A DNA stretch of 64,000 bases from the human T2T-CHM13v2.0 reference genome, Homo sapiens. The translations under genes and the position numbers were made by a program. Below are positions 38,198 to 51,902 of the stretch, piece by piece. Each line of letters begins with the position of its first letter. Position 1 is the stretch's first letter. The stretch is taken from assembly GCF_009914755.1 (NCBI RefSeq), contig NC_060936.1; one strand, 5' to 3'. Below the pieces are notes generated by a model. The model worked only from the letters and a program-made list of their open reading frames with translations, did no database searches and was not told where the DNA came from.

Positions 38198-41100
38198 TAG
38201 ATGGCCCATTAGAAGCAGCTGCGGTCTGCAGCACTTACGGAGTGGAATGAAAAAGCTTATTAAATGCAGCACCTTCAACTGAAATACCCAGGTTCTCACA
38301 TTGAGACTGACTAGGCAAGCAACTTGAGCCACAGAGAACAATGAAAAGCAGCAGGGGCGGAGGTGGGGGAGGGCAACGGAAGGAACCCCCACCCCCAGCC
38401 AAGGGAAGCGGTGAGTGATTGTGCGACCTCGCCTGGGAAATCACATTTCTCCCAAGGATCTCTGCAACCCATGGATCAGGAGATACCCTTGTGAGCCCAT
38501 GCCACCAGGGTCTTGGGTCTGATACACAAAGCTATGTGGAGTCTTGGCAGAGCAGCTGCTCAGGCACACAGAAACCCTGGAGTTTTACATAATCCGGCCC
38601 TGGGATCCCTGGAAAGGCAGGAAATCTGTTTGTATATATCCCTAGGAAGGGGGCTAAATTCAGAGAGCCAAAGAGCATCATCCTGTGGACCCCACTTCCA
38701 CAGCACCTCACAGGTTAAGACTCACTGTCTTGGAATCTCAGCCAGCCGACGGCAGTGGGTTGGAGTCCACCTGAGATGGACCTGAGTTCCTGCAGGGAGA
38801 GGTGGGTGCCATCTCTGTGGTTCTGAGGACTCAGCCACTCCAGCCTGAAGGCTTGGGGAATACAGATGGTCTGGATGAGGAACGGTCCCCCACGATGCAG
38901 CACAGCTGCCTTGCCAGATTGTGATCAGACTGCTTCTTTAAGTGGGACCCTGATCCATTCCTCCTCATCGAGTGGGACCTTTCTGTGGGGGCTTCAGGTA
39001 CTCCAGCCAGGGTTCTAAAGACAGAGCTTTGATCTCTCCCTGGGACTGAGCTCCTGGGGGGCAGGGGTGTCTGCCATCTCTGCAGTTTGGTTGACTCTGC
39101 CACTCCAACCTGCTGGCTTTGGAGAATACAGGTGATCCAGGTGAGGAAGGATCCCACCCAATGCAGCCCACCTGCTCTACCAAAAAGCAGCCAGGCTGCT
39201 TCTTTGAGAAGGTCCCTGATCCCATTCCTCCTGACTGGGCGAGACCTCCCAATGAGGGTCTCCAGCCACCTCCAACAGTTGCATGTGGGCTGGCAACAGG
39301 TTAGTACCCCCACAGGATGGAGTTTCTAGAGGAAGGCACAGGCTGCCATCTTTGCTGTTTCATGGCCTTTGCTGGTGATACTTCCACGTATGGGAGAAAC
39401 CAAAGCAACTGGGGTCTGGAGTGGACCCCCAGCAAACCTCAGCAGCCCTATGATAGAGTGGCTTGACTGCTAAAAGAAAAACAAACAAACAAACAGAAAA
39501 CAACAGCATCAACAAAAAAGACCTAACACAAATCTAATTCAAAGGGCAGCAGCCTCAAGGATTAAAGGTAGATAAGCTCACAAAGATGAGAAAGAATTAA
39601 TTCAAAAACAACGAAAACTCAAAATGCCAGAGTGTCTCTTCTCTTCCAGATGACTGTGACACCTCACCAGCAAGGGCACAGAACCGGGCTGAGGCTAAGA
39701 ATTGACAGAAGTAGACTTCAGAAAGTGGATAACAATAAACTTTGCTGAGCTGTAACCCAATGAAAAGAAGCTGAGAATCATGATAAAACAATACAGGAGC
39801 TGGTAGCCAGAATAGCCAGTTTAGAGAGGAACATAACTGACCTGATGGAGCTGAAAACCGCATCTCAAGAACTTCACAATGCAATCACAAGTATCAGTAG
39901 CAGGATAGACCAAGAGGAGGAAAGAATCTCAGAGCCTGAAGATTATCTATCTGAAATAAGACAGGCAGACTAGAATAGAGAAGAAAGAATGAAAAGAAAT
40001 GAACAAAACCTCTGAGAAATATGGGATTATGTAAAAAGACCAAACCTATGACTGATTGGGATCCTTGAAAGAGACAGGGAGAATGGAACCAAGTTGGAAA
40101 ACATACTTCAGGATATCATCCAGGAGAACTTCCCCAACCTAGCAAGACAGGCCAACATTCAAATTCAGGAAATGCAGAGAAGGCCAGTAAGATACTCCAC
40201 AAGAACATCAACCCAAAGACACAAAATCATCAGATTCTCCAATGCCAAAATGAAAGAAACCATGTTAAGGGCACCTAGAGAGAAAGGCCAAGTCACCTAC
40301 AAAAGGAAACATATCATACTAACAGTGGACCTCTCTGCCAAAACCATGGAAGCCAGAAGAAATTGGGGGCCAATATTCAACATTCTAAAAGAAAATAATT
40401 TCCAACCCAGAATTTTATACCTGGCCAAACTAAGCTTCAAAAGCAAAGGAGAAATAAGATTCTTTTCAAACAAGTGAATGGTTAGGAAATTTATCAACAC
40501 AAGGCCTGCCTTGCAAGAGCTCCTGAAGAAAGCACTACGTTTGGAAAAGAAAGACCATTACCAGCCACTACAAAAACACACTGAAGTACACAGGCCAGAA
40601 CACTATGAAGCAATCACATAAACAAGTCTGCAAAAAAGCATCATGATGACAGGATCTAATTCACCCATAAAAATACTAACCTTAAATGTAAATGGGCTAA
40701 ATGCTCTAGTTAAAAGACACAGAATGGCAAGCTGAATAAAGAGCCAAGACCCATCATCAGTATGCTATCTTCAAGAGACTCATCTCACACGCAAGGACAG
40801 ACACAGGCTCAAAATAAAGGGATGGAGGAAAATTTACCAAGCAAATGGAAAACAGAAAAAAGCAATCCTAGTTTCTGACAAAACAGACTTTAAACCAACA
40901 AAGATCAAACAAACAAAGAAGGGTAGTATATAATAGTAAAGGATTCAATTCAACCAGAAGAGCTAACTATCCTAAATATATATGCATCCAATACAGAAGC
41001 ACCCAGATTCATAAAGCAAGTTCTTATATACCTACAAAGAGACTTAGACTCCCACACAATAATAGCGAGAGACTTTAACACACCACTGACAATATTAGAC

Positions 41101-44100
41101 AGATGATTAAGACAGAAAATTAACAAAGATATTTAGGACCTGAACTCAACTCTGGATCAAGTGGACCTGATTGATATCTACAGAACTCTCCACCAAAATT
41201 CAACAGAATATACATTCTTCTCATTGCCACATGGCATTTACTCTAAAATTGGACACATAATTGGAAGTAAAACACTCCTCAGCAAATGCACAAGAACTGA
41301 AATCATAACAGTCTTTCAGACGACAGTGCAATCAACTTAGAACTCAAGATTAAGAAATTCACTCAAAACCACACAACTATATGGAAATTGAATAAACTGC
41401 TCCTGAATGACTCTTGGGTAAACAATGAAATTAAGGCAGAAATCAAGAAGTTATTTGAAACTAATGAGAACAAAGAGACAATGTACTGCAATCTCTGGGA
41501 TGCAGCTAAAACAGTGTTAAGTGGGAAATTTATAGCACTAAGTGCCTGCATCTAAAAGCTAGAAAGATATCAAATCAACAACCTAACATCTCAACTAAAA
41601 GGACTGTAGAACCAAGAGCATACAAACCCCAAAGCTAGCAGAAGACAAGAAATAGCAAAGATCAAAGCTGAGCTGAAGGAGATAGAGACATGAAAAACCC
41701 TCTTAAAAAAACAATGAATCCAGGAGCTGGTTTTTTTGAAAAAAAGTTAATAAAATAGATAGACTGCTAGCTAGACTAATAAAGAAGAAAAAAAGAAAAG
41801 AATCAAGTAGACACAATCAGAAATGATAGGGGAATTTCACCACTGACCTCACAGAAACGCAAACAACCATCCGCAAATACTATAAACACCTCTGTCTATA
41901 TAAGCTAGAAAATCTAGAAGAAATGGATAAACTACTGGACACATACACCCTCCCAAGACTGAACCAGGAAGAAACTGAATATTTGAATAGACCAATAACG
42001 AGTTCTGAAATTGAGGCAGTAATAAATAATCTACCAACCAAAAAAAGCCCAGGACCAGATGGATGCACAGCTGAATTCTACCATAGGTACAAAGAAGAGC
42101 TGGTACCATTTCTACTAAAACTATTCCAAAAATTGAAAAGGAGGGACTCCTCGCTAACTCATTCTATGAGGCCACCATCATCTTGATACCAAAACCTGGC
42201 AGAGTCACAACAAAAAAAGAAAGCTTCAGGCGAATATCCCTGATGAACATCGATGCAAAAATCCTCAACAAAGTACTTGCAAACCAAATCCAGCAGCACG
42301 TCAAAAAGCTTATCCACCACAACCAAGTAGGCTTCATCCCTGGGATGCAAGCTTGGCTCAACATACACAAATCAATAAGTGCGATTCATTACATAAACAG
42401 AACTAAAGACAAAAACCACATGGTTATCTCAATAGGTGCAGAAAAGGCCTTTGATAAAATTCAACATCCCTTTATGTTAAAAACTCTCAATAAACTAGGT
42501 ATTGAAGGAACATACCTCATAAGAGCCATATATGACAAACACACAGCCAATATCATACTGAATGGGAAAAAGCTGGGAGCATTCCCCTTGAAAACTGGCA
42601 CAAGACAGGGAAGCCCTCTCTCACCACTCCCATTCAACATAGTATTGGAATTTCTGGCCAGGGCAATCAGGCAAGAGAAATAAATAAAGTGTATTCGAAT
42701 AGGAAGAGAGAAAGTCAAATTATCTTTATTTGATTTTATATCTAGAAAACCCCATTATCTCAGTTCAAAAGATTCTTAAGCTGATAAGCAACTTCAGCAA
42801 AATCTCAGGATACAAAATCAATGTGCAAAAATCACAGGCATTTCTATACACCAACAACAGGCAAGCAGAGATCCAAATCATGAATGAACTCCCATTCACA
42901 ATTGCTACAGAAAGAATAAAATACCTAGGAATACAGCTAACAAGGGAAGTGAAGGACCTCTTCAAGGAGAACTACAAACCACTGCTCAAGGATATCATAG
43001 AGGACACAAACAAATGGAGAAACATTCCATCCTCACGCATAAGAAGAATCAGTGTAATGACAATGGCCATACTGCCCAAAGTATTTTATAGATTCAGTGC
43101 TATTCCCATTAAACTACCATTGACATTCTTCACAGAATTAGAAACATCTATTTTAAAATTCATATGGAACCAAAAAAGAGCCTGAATTGCCAAGACAATT
43201 CTAAGCAAGAAGAACAAAGCTGGAAGCATCATGTTACCTGACTTCAAACTTTACTACAAGGTTACAGTAACCAAAACAGCATGGTACTGATAAAGAACAG
43301 ACACATAGACCAATGGTACAGAATAGAGAACTCAGAGATAAAACCGCAAACCTACAACCATCTGATCTTTGACAAACTTGACAAAAACAAGCAATGGAGG
43401 AAAGGCCTCCCTATTTAGTAAATGGTGCTGGGAATGCTGGCTAGCCTTATGCAGAAAATTGAAACTGGACCCCTTCCTTTCACCATATACAAAAATTAAC
43501 TCAAGATGAATTAAATACTTAAATGTGAAACCCAAAACTATAAAGACCCTTGAAGAAAATCTAGGCAATACCATTCAGGAGATAGGCGCAGGCAAAGATT
43601 TCATGATGAAAATGCCAAAAGCAACTGCAACAAAAGCAAAAATTGGCAAATGAGATATAATTAAATTAAAGAACTTCTGCACAGCAAAAGGAACTATCAT
43701 TAGAGTGAACAGACAACTTTAAGAATGGGAGAAAATTTTCCCAATCTAACCACCTGAGAAAGGCCTAATATCCAGAGTCTACGAGGAACTTAAACAAATT
43801 TACAAGAAATAAAAACCCATTAAAAAGTGGGCAAAGGACATGAACAGACAATTCTCAAAAGAAAACATACATATAGCCAACAAACATATGAAGAAAAGCT
43901 CAACATCACTAATCATTAGAGAAATGCAAATCAAAACCACAATGAGATACCATCTCACACCAGTCAGAATGGCTGCTGTTAAAAAGTCAAAAAACAACAG
44001 ATGCTGATGAGGTTACAGAGAAAAAGGAATGCTTTTTTTACTGTTGTGGGGAGTGTAAATTAGTTCAACCACTGTGGAAGAAAGTGTGGTGATTCCTCAA

Positions 44101-44680
44101 AGACCCAGAGGCAAAAATACCATTTGACTCAGCAATTCCATTACTGGGTGTATAGCCATAGGAATATAAATTATTCTGTTATAAAGATACATGCTTGCAT
44201 ATATTCACTGCAGCACTATTCACGATAGCAAAGACATGGAATCAATCTAAATGCCCATCAATGATAGACTGGACAAAGAAAATGTGGTACATATACACAA
44301 TGGAATACTATGCAGCCATAAAAAGGATGAGTTCATGTCCTTTGCAGAGACATGGATAGAGCTGAAAGCCATTATCCTCAGCAAGCTAACACAGGAACAG
44401 AAAACTAAACACTACATGTTCTCACTTATGAGTGGGAGCTGAATGATGAGAATACATGGGGGAACAACACTCACTCCGGCCTATTAGAAGGTAGGGTGTG
44501 GGGAGGGAGAGCATCAAGAAGAATAACTAATGGATGCTGGGCTTAATACCTAGGTGATGGGTTGATCTGTGCAGCAAATCACCATGGCACATGTTTACCT
44601 ATGTAACAACCCTTCACATTCTGCACTTGTACCCCTGAAGTTAAAATAAAAGTTGAAGAAAGAAATAAATAAATAAAACG
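38198..44680 (+). mobile_element. Full-length degenerate L1 (L1PA10-13-like), antisense in PZP intron 15
   Basis: 5'UTR (gatggcccattagaagcagct), ORF1 (40094-40477), ORF2 EN/RT fragments (42183-43185), 3'UTR and A-rich tail; many stops. Confidence 0.92.
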
Positions 44681-44739
44681 CAGTCCATATTCAAAATAAA
44701 AATAAAAGAACCACATAGGCACATAAATGAACTTATGCC

Positions 44740-45762
44740 ATTATATTGGATAGACCAATGTCTATGCAGTGTACTTTTTATGGAAAATGGATGATTCAAC
44801 AGATTCAAGAACCCACAGGGCAGGGCCAGAGGCCTGAATATTTATCCCTGGACAGATGTAAGATTGAGTCTTAATCAGAGAACTTCCATTTGCCAGGCTT
44901 GATCTCAGAGTAATTATGGACGAGTAACTCCTGAGTGCCTCTTGTTTCCCCTTTTTTGAACAGGAGTGTCAATAGTGATTATTCTATGCCAGTTCCACCA
45001 TTGCATGTTAAGTGTGTGGGGCCAAATAACTTGAGTACACTTTAGTTCAATGTCTTTGTATCTAGAGGTATTGTACCTGAGGAATCACACCTGAGAGGCA
45101 TTATCTGTACTTGGACCTGATTTAAATGATATTTAGCCTTTCAGCTGTTCCTATTTTACAATGAGAATCTCAGAGAGAGGATCGAGTATATTTTACATGT
45201 GAGAGCTCATGAATTGCTGGGGATCAGAGGTCAGGCTGTGGAGACAGCTTCCAGAATTGCCCACAATAATCTCTGCCTCCTGGTATTCATGCCCGAACAT
45301 TGTTCGTCGCACAATGAATAGGGTTGACCTCTGTAGCCAATGGGATATTGTGGAAATGAGGGGACATGTCTTTCAGGCCTAGGTCATAAAAGATATTGCA
45401 AGTTTAGCACTCTTGGAACGCATTAGCTCTCTTGGATCACATGCTCTGGAGAAAATCAGTTGTCACATTGTGGGACACCAGCAGCCCTAGGACCTCTGTG
45501 TGGTGAGGAACTGAGGCCTCCTGCCAATAGCTCTCAAGAAACCTGTCTTGGAAGCAGATCTTCCAACCTCTGTCAAGCTGTCAGGTGGCTGCAGCTTTGG
45601 CCGCCATGTTAATCGCAACCAGGGCAGGTCACAAGCTAGACCCACCTAGCTAAGCTGCTCTGAATTCCTGACTCACAGAAATTGCATGTGATAATAAATG
45701 TTTATTGTTTTAAGCCACTAGGTTTTGAAGAAAATTGTTATACAGCAGTAGATAGGTAACGC
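44740..45762 (+). mobile_element. MLT1 (E/F-like) internal 3' end plus LTR (LTR about 45237-45762)
   Basis: gtatattttacatgtg...cagaggtcaggc|tgtgg junction; LTR end taagccactagg...ttgttatacagcagtagata. Confidence 0.6.
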
Positions 45763-46303
45763 AAACACCCTTTCTACTTCTTTATTTACCTTTGTTTTTG
45801 AGTAGAATTAAATAGGTACATAAATGAACATGTATTATTTATATTGGGTGAACTAATGATTTCTATTATTATTCAAAGCGACCACGCTTAAACGTTTCTA
45901 TAACTTTATCATCTGAAATCTTCAGTTATGTTCATAGTTTCTTCTCACTTCCACAACACTCAAAGTTTACCAAACCTTACTGAAGTGACTGTTAAATTTA
46001 TGTGACTAAACGGAATAAGACAGACATAAACTGTTGAAAGGTAGACTAAATTCCTGTACTACATGCTGAAATTAATAGCTTAGACTAGACTTCCATAAAC
46101 AGAGAGTGTAAAAATATCAGGCATATTACCAAAGAAAGCACTCAGAGAGAAAGTTTTCTTGTTTTGGGTTAACTTCTTGTTGTTTCTTCTAACTAAAACA
46201 CAGAAATATAGTCATTGTCTCTTGCCTAATAATTATTACGCTATGAGGAGATATTTTGACCTGTTAATAAAATACAAATCAAGATCAAGAAAAATTTTGA
46301 TTA

Positions 46304-47023
46304 TAGCAATCCCCCAATCTGCGGTTTTGGTTTCCAAGATTTCCATTATCTGTGGTCAACTGTGATCCAAACATATTAAATGGCAAATTCAGAAATAAAC
46401 AATTCATACGTTTTAAATTGCTGCCATTTTGAGCAGCATGATGAAATCTCACACTTTCCTGCTTCATCTTGCTCGGGATATGAATCCTCTGTTTTTCTGG
46501 TGGATCCACACTGTAGCCACTCCCTGCCCCTTAGTCACCCAGAATCCTCAGTTACAAGATTGTCACAGTATCTCAGTGCTTGTGTTCAAGTCACCCTTAT
46601 TTTACTTCATCATGGCCCCAATGCACCAGAGTATTGATGCTGGCAATTGGGAGGTGAAAGAGAAGCCGTAAAGTGCTTCCTTTAGGTGAAAAGGTGAAAG
46701 TTCCCCACTTGATAAGGAAAGAAAAAATAATGTATGCTGAGGTTGCCAAGATCTACGGTAAGAACGAATCTTCTATCTATCAAATGGTGAAGAAGGAAAA
46801 AGAAAATCATGCTTGTTTTGCTGTCACATCTCAAACTACAAAAATTATGGCTACAGCACGCGATAAGTGCTTTGTTAAGATGGAAAAGGCATTAAATTTG
46901 TGGGTGGAAGACAGGAACAGAAATGTGTTCCAGCTGATGGTCATTGGGTTCAGTGCTATCCACAGTTTCAGACACCCACTGAAGGTCTTGGGACACACCC
47001 CTACAGATCAGGGGGCACTAGTG
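46304..47023 (+). mobile_element. MER44/Tigger7-derived DNA transposon with a transposase N-terminal (CENP-B-type HTH) remnant
   Basis: Degenerate TIRs (tagcaatccccc / gggggcactagtg); ORF 46673-47050 EKVKV..LIRKEK..YAEVAKIYGKNESSI...KMEKALNLWVED. Confidence 0.8.
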
Positions 47024-47726
47024 GATATGCTCCAACCTGAAGAATGTTAATTTTGATAATTAAAAATAGGACAGGGGTCTCAGATATAGTTATCTCACAG
47101 TTTAAAATTTTAATAGACATGAAGTAGAAACTAGAATAAACAAAAGAAAATTTCATATTACGAATTTACCAACCAACATTGAAAGGTAATAATACCTCCC
47201 AAACAGATAAGTTGATTGACCCTTTTAAATGGTGATTCATGAGGGAGTTAAAGCTATAAAATTTCTCATAACTTTTTATCAAAGATCAAATCATAACATT
47301 ATTTTTTCTTGCATTATGTTAAAAAGTTCCAAACACGAGTAATCTAGTTTTAAATAGGTTAGACAAGTAGTTTCTGAACTTTTCCCTTCCTTCTGATAAT
47401 TATTCTTCAAAAACCCCATATTAGATATCATTTTCTCCAAATGGCAATTATTAACCAATGTTCACCTTTTATTTTGCTGATCCACCTATATCCTTTTTTA
47501 TTGCCTCTCTCTAAGGACAAGGACTGTGATATGTTTCCTTCTGTTTCCCCAGCTTTTACAATAGATCCAGCATGTAGTAAGCTTGAAATAATAATAATAA
47601 AATAAATAAATCATCACGACATGCCAAGTGTCACCCCCATGAATTAATATAACTATAGTCAAAAGCAGATAATTAAAATTTTAGTCTGTGAATCAACATT
47701 GCTAACAAAGGTGTAGTAGGTCATTT

Positions 47727-47996
47727 TTTAAAAGTAGAAAATAATTTGTAAATCACTTATTACCACTTTCACAGATCCCAACAACTCTACAGACATAAAT
47801 AGTTCGATCTGTTAAAAGATACATGACTTCCCTTATGTTTGCAGGTATTAATTTTGTAGCAAGCTTACCTACTCCAGTGACCAAAAGTGATTCTATTTAG
47901 ACAGGATCCAAACTAATACTTTGGCAACACATTAATTTACTCACTCTTTTAAACATGACTATCACGTAGGTGGGGAATCTTAACAAAATATAGCTT
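47727..47996 (+). repeat. Direct repeat copy A (about 270 bp, intron 15)
   Basis: about 95% identical to 49472-49745. Confidence 0.92.
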
Positions 47997-48315
47997 TCAT
48001 TAAGATCACTGTAAGACATTAATAACTGAGGTTAAGATTTGATTCTTTACAGAAATAGAAGCTGTGTCATAGAAGGAATCAAAGTTGCAGGCAGATTCAG
48101 AATTTCAAAATCACATCTCAGCTTGTGCCACTTATCTTGAACAAATCTCTCAACTATTCTGAATCCACTTTTCTAATCTTAAAATGGGACTATTATTCTC
48201 CGGAATGTTGGGCAGATTAAGTGAGAAAACCTATATGAGACAGCTTGAGAAACTATCAAGTACTCGGCAAGTGGTACGTATTTTTACTGTTATATTTTAC
48301 TCTCAATAGAGGCTT

Positions 48316-49117
<802 letters not shown>

Positions 49118-49172
49118 TGATCTGAGCCTCTGGAATGGCCCTTCCTGGTCCCCAAGGCCACTGGAAACTCAC

Positions 49173-49322
49173 TGAGGACACAGAGAGCTCAGCCTCAGGC
49201 TTCATGAGCAGCACACTTTGGTCCACAGCACGAAGGGCACAGAGGGACTGCGGAGCAGCTGCTACTTGCAGGTGGGCATGTGAGGCTGGGGGACTTTGTG
49301 CTGGGCTGAAGCTCAAATCCAC
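49173..49322 (-). CDS. PZP: PZP exon 15 ([15 protein letters not shown]...AELSVSS)
   Basis: AG at 49323-24, GT at 49171-72; 150 bp, phase 0-0; contains the family motif [13 protein letters not shown]. Confidence 0.94.
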
Positions 49323-49471
49323 CTGTGGGAAATGAAGGAAACATCAACCAGTGTTTTCCCTACTTCTGTGATCTTGCAGTCACCTGCATTTCCTAAGCCA
49401 CCCTTATATTCAGTTCATATGACTATGTTGGTAATGTCAGTCAGAAACCTATTTTTACAACTTTCCTTCAC

Positions 49472-49745
49472 TTTAAAAATAGAAAATAATTTGTAAATCA
49501 CTTATTACCACTTTCACAGATCCCAACAACTCTAGAGACATAAATAGTTAGATCTGTTAAAAGGTACATGACTTCCCTTATGTTTGCAAGTATTAATTTT
49601 ATAACAAGCTTACCTACTCCAGTGATCAAAAGTGATTCTATTTAGACAGGATCCAAATTATCTAATGCTTTGGCGACACATTAATTTACTCACTCTTTTA
49701 AACATGACTATTACATAAGTGGGGAATCTTAACAAAATATAGCTT
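49472..49745 (+). repeat. Direct repeat copy B (about 274 bp, intron 14)
   Basis: about 13 substitutions and one 4-bp indel versus 47727-47996 (hand count). Confidence 0.92.
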
Positions 49746-50164
49746 CTCGGTAGCTTAGTCTTGTCCTAAGGAGATAACTGAGGCAGAATAAGGATAGATA
49801 CCTTGTTAGATTTTTAGATGGCCATCTTTATCTCTGACACATGATAAGGTAATTCTAGGTGTTTACACTTATTCTTCAGGTTTTGGGAACTTTTGAGTCT
49901 TAGCATTTTACATACTCACACAACTGAATCAGCAGAGAAGAGCATCATGAACACAAAACTGATTGTATTTTATTTGGTAGCAGCTTTGTGTAATTGAAAA
50001 AGTGCTGTACTAGATCCCTAGAAATTTGGGTCTGCCATAAACTTGTTGGGAACTGTTGGGCAACTCATTTTACTTTTCTGGACTTAGTTTTCTCTGGGGT
50101 AAAATAGATGGCACCTACAGTATCATTTATTTGTGTTCTTTTAATTTTATGTTAAATCGCTCAC

Positions 50165-50307
50165 CTTGTTGGCTAGACAGTTTTCAATCTCAAATTTTTC
50201 AGAGTCTCCAACAACTTCTCCATCTGGTAAAATGGCAAAGATGAACATTCGTGCAATGGGGGCAACGTCTGACTCCACAGGGAAGGATAAGGCAAAACTG
50301 CCTTTCA
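50165..50307 (-). CDS. PZP: PZP exon 14 ([20 protein letters not shown]...ENCLANK)
   Basis: AG at 50308-09, GT at 50163-64; 143 bp. Confidence 0.93.
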
Positions 50308-50322
50308 CTGGAACATGGAGAG

Positions 50323-50382
50323 AGTGAGACAAAATGGTCATAAGTGAGACAAAATGGTCATAAGTGAGACAAAAAGGTCATA
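50323..50382. repeat. 20-bp tandem repeat x3 next to the exon 14 acceptor
   Basis: agtgagacaaaatggtcata x3 (third copy has 1 mismatch). Confidence 0.93.
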
Positions 50383-51379
50383 AAAATAGTGTCATAAGGA
50401 CACTATTGCTTGGTCTTATCCACTTGAGAACTGCGTCCATTCATTCTAATGGCTTAGTCTCTCTATGTGCCATTAGTTATTTGGTGAAATTAGTAGGCCA
50501 ATGTCTCCCTTCAGAACTTTAATTATAGCAGAAGTTAACAAAGTTCCTTTCACTCACATCTTTTTTATTTGATATTCCACTTAACTGTTGCCTAAATCAA
50601 TTAAATATCAGTAGCTCCAAATTTTCTGCATATATATATGTGACAACTATTTTATTTACATTTCAGACTAGAGGTGATTCTCAATTTAAATATAGAGCTA
50701 TAATTTGTAAGATATAATAAGTTTATTTTGTCATATATGACTTTTAAAAAGCTCTGTATGTAAAAAAAAGTTCATACTAATTGAACTTCCTAAAAGAATA
50801 TTTAATTCTTGGAGTTTTCATTGCAGTGTTAAACTCTTATAAGTACACTGGTATATTTCTACTGGAAGCATTAAATGGTACCAGATAACACTTCAGAAAA
50901 TACTTTACATTTTAAAGCAGGGTGAAGGGCCACCAGGTAGCTACAAAAGGGCAAGAACAAAAGTTCCATTTTCTGAATGGTCCACTGGGGACTTGAGTAG
51001 ATGGCCCACATTTAGTTGAATAACGGTAATTATAAAACCACGAGAGACTTAATGACTGAAAAGTTTCTGAGATGCCTGTACATAAAGGACAGATACTCTC
51101 TGGTATTATTTCCATGTCTTCCTTTTCTCTACATCCCTCCTGTCCCAGATTCCCAGCTATATGGCTTTAAATTCCTGTGCTTCCAAGTTCTTTTCCAGTA
51201 ACATATTCTTGGTGCAGTTAGACAATACATAGGATAACAGAGTCTCTCGACATTGTTGAAACTCAAAATAATGTAGGACAAGGACAATTAGAATTGTAGA
51301 AGAACTATAATTGATTTTATTTTTTTCTTAACCATATGTATTAAAAATTAAGTCTAATACCCTTAGGAATATTTTACAA

Positions 51380-51902
<523 letters not shown>

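Noticed and set aside
38780-39360. ~260-bp repeated units in the L1 5'UTR
   Set aside because: Tandem units are a normal feature of older L1PA 5'UTRs.
44660-44720. Possible short 3' transduction (cgcagtccatattc between A-tracts) with TSD aaatcgtatag/gaaccacatag
   Set aside because: The TSD match is too degenerate (4 of 11 mismatched) to support.
46673-47050. 125-aa ORF as a domesticated TIGD/CENP-B-like gene
   Set aside because: GTG start, no DDE domain, and it lies inside an ordinary MER44/Tigger7 deletion derivative.
50323-50382. CRISPR-like array
   Set aside because: Eukaryotic context with no spacers; it is a simple tandem repeat.
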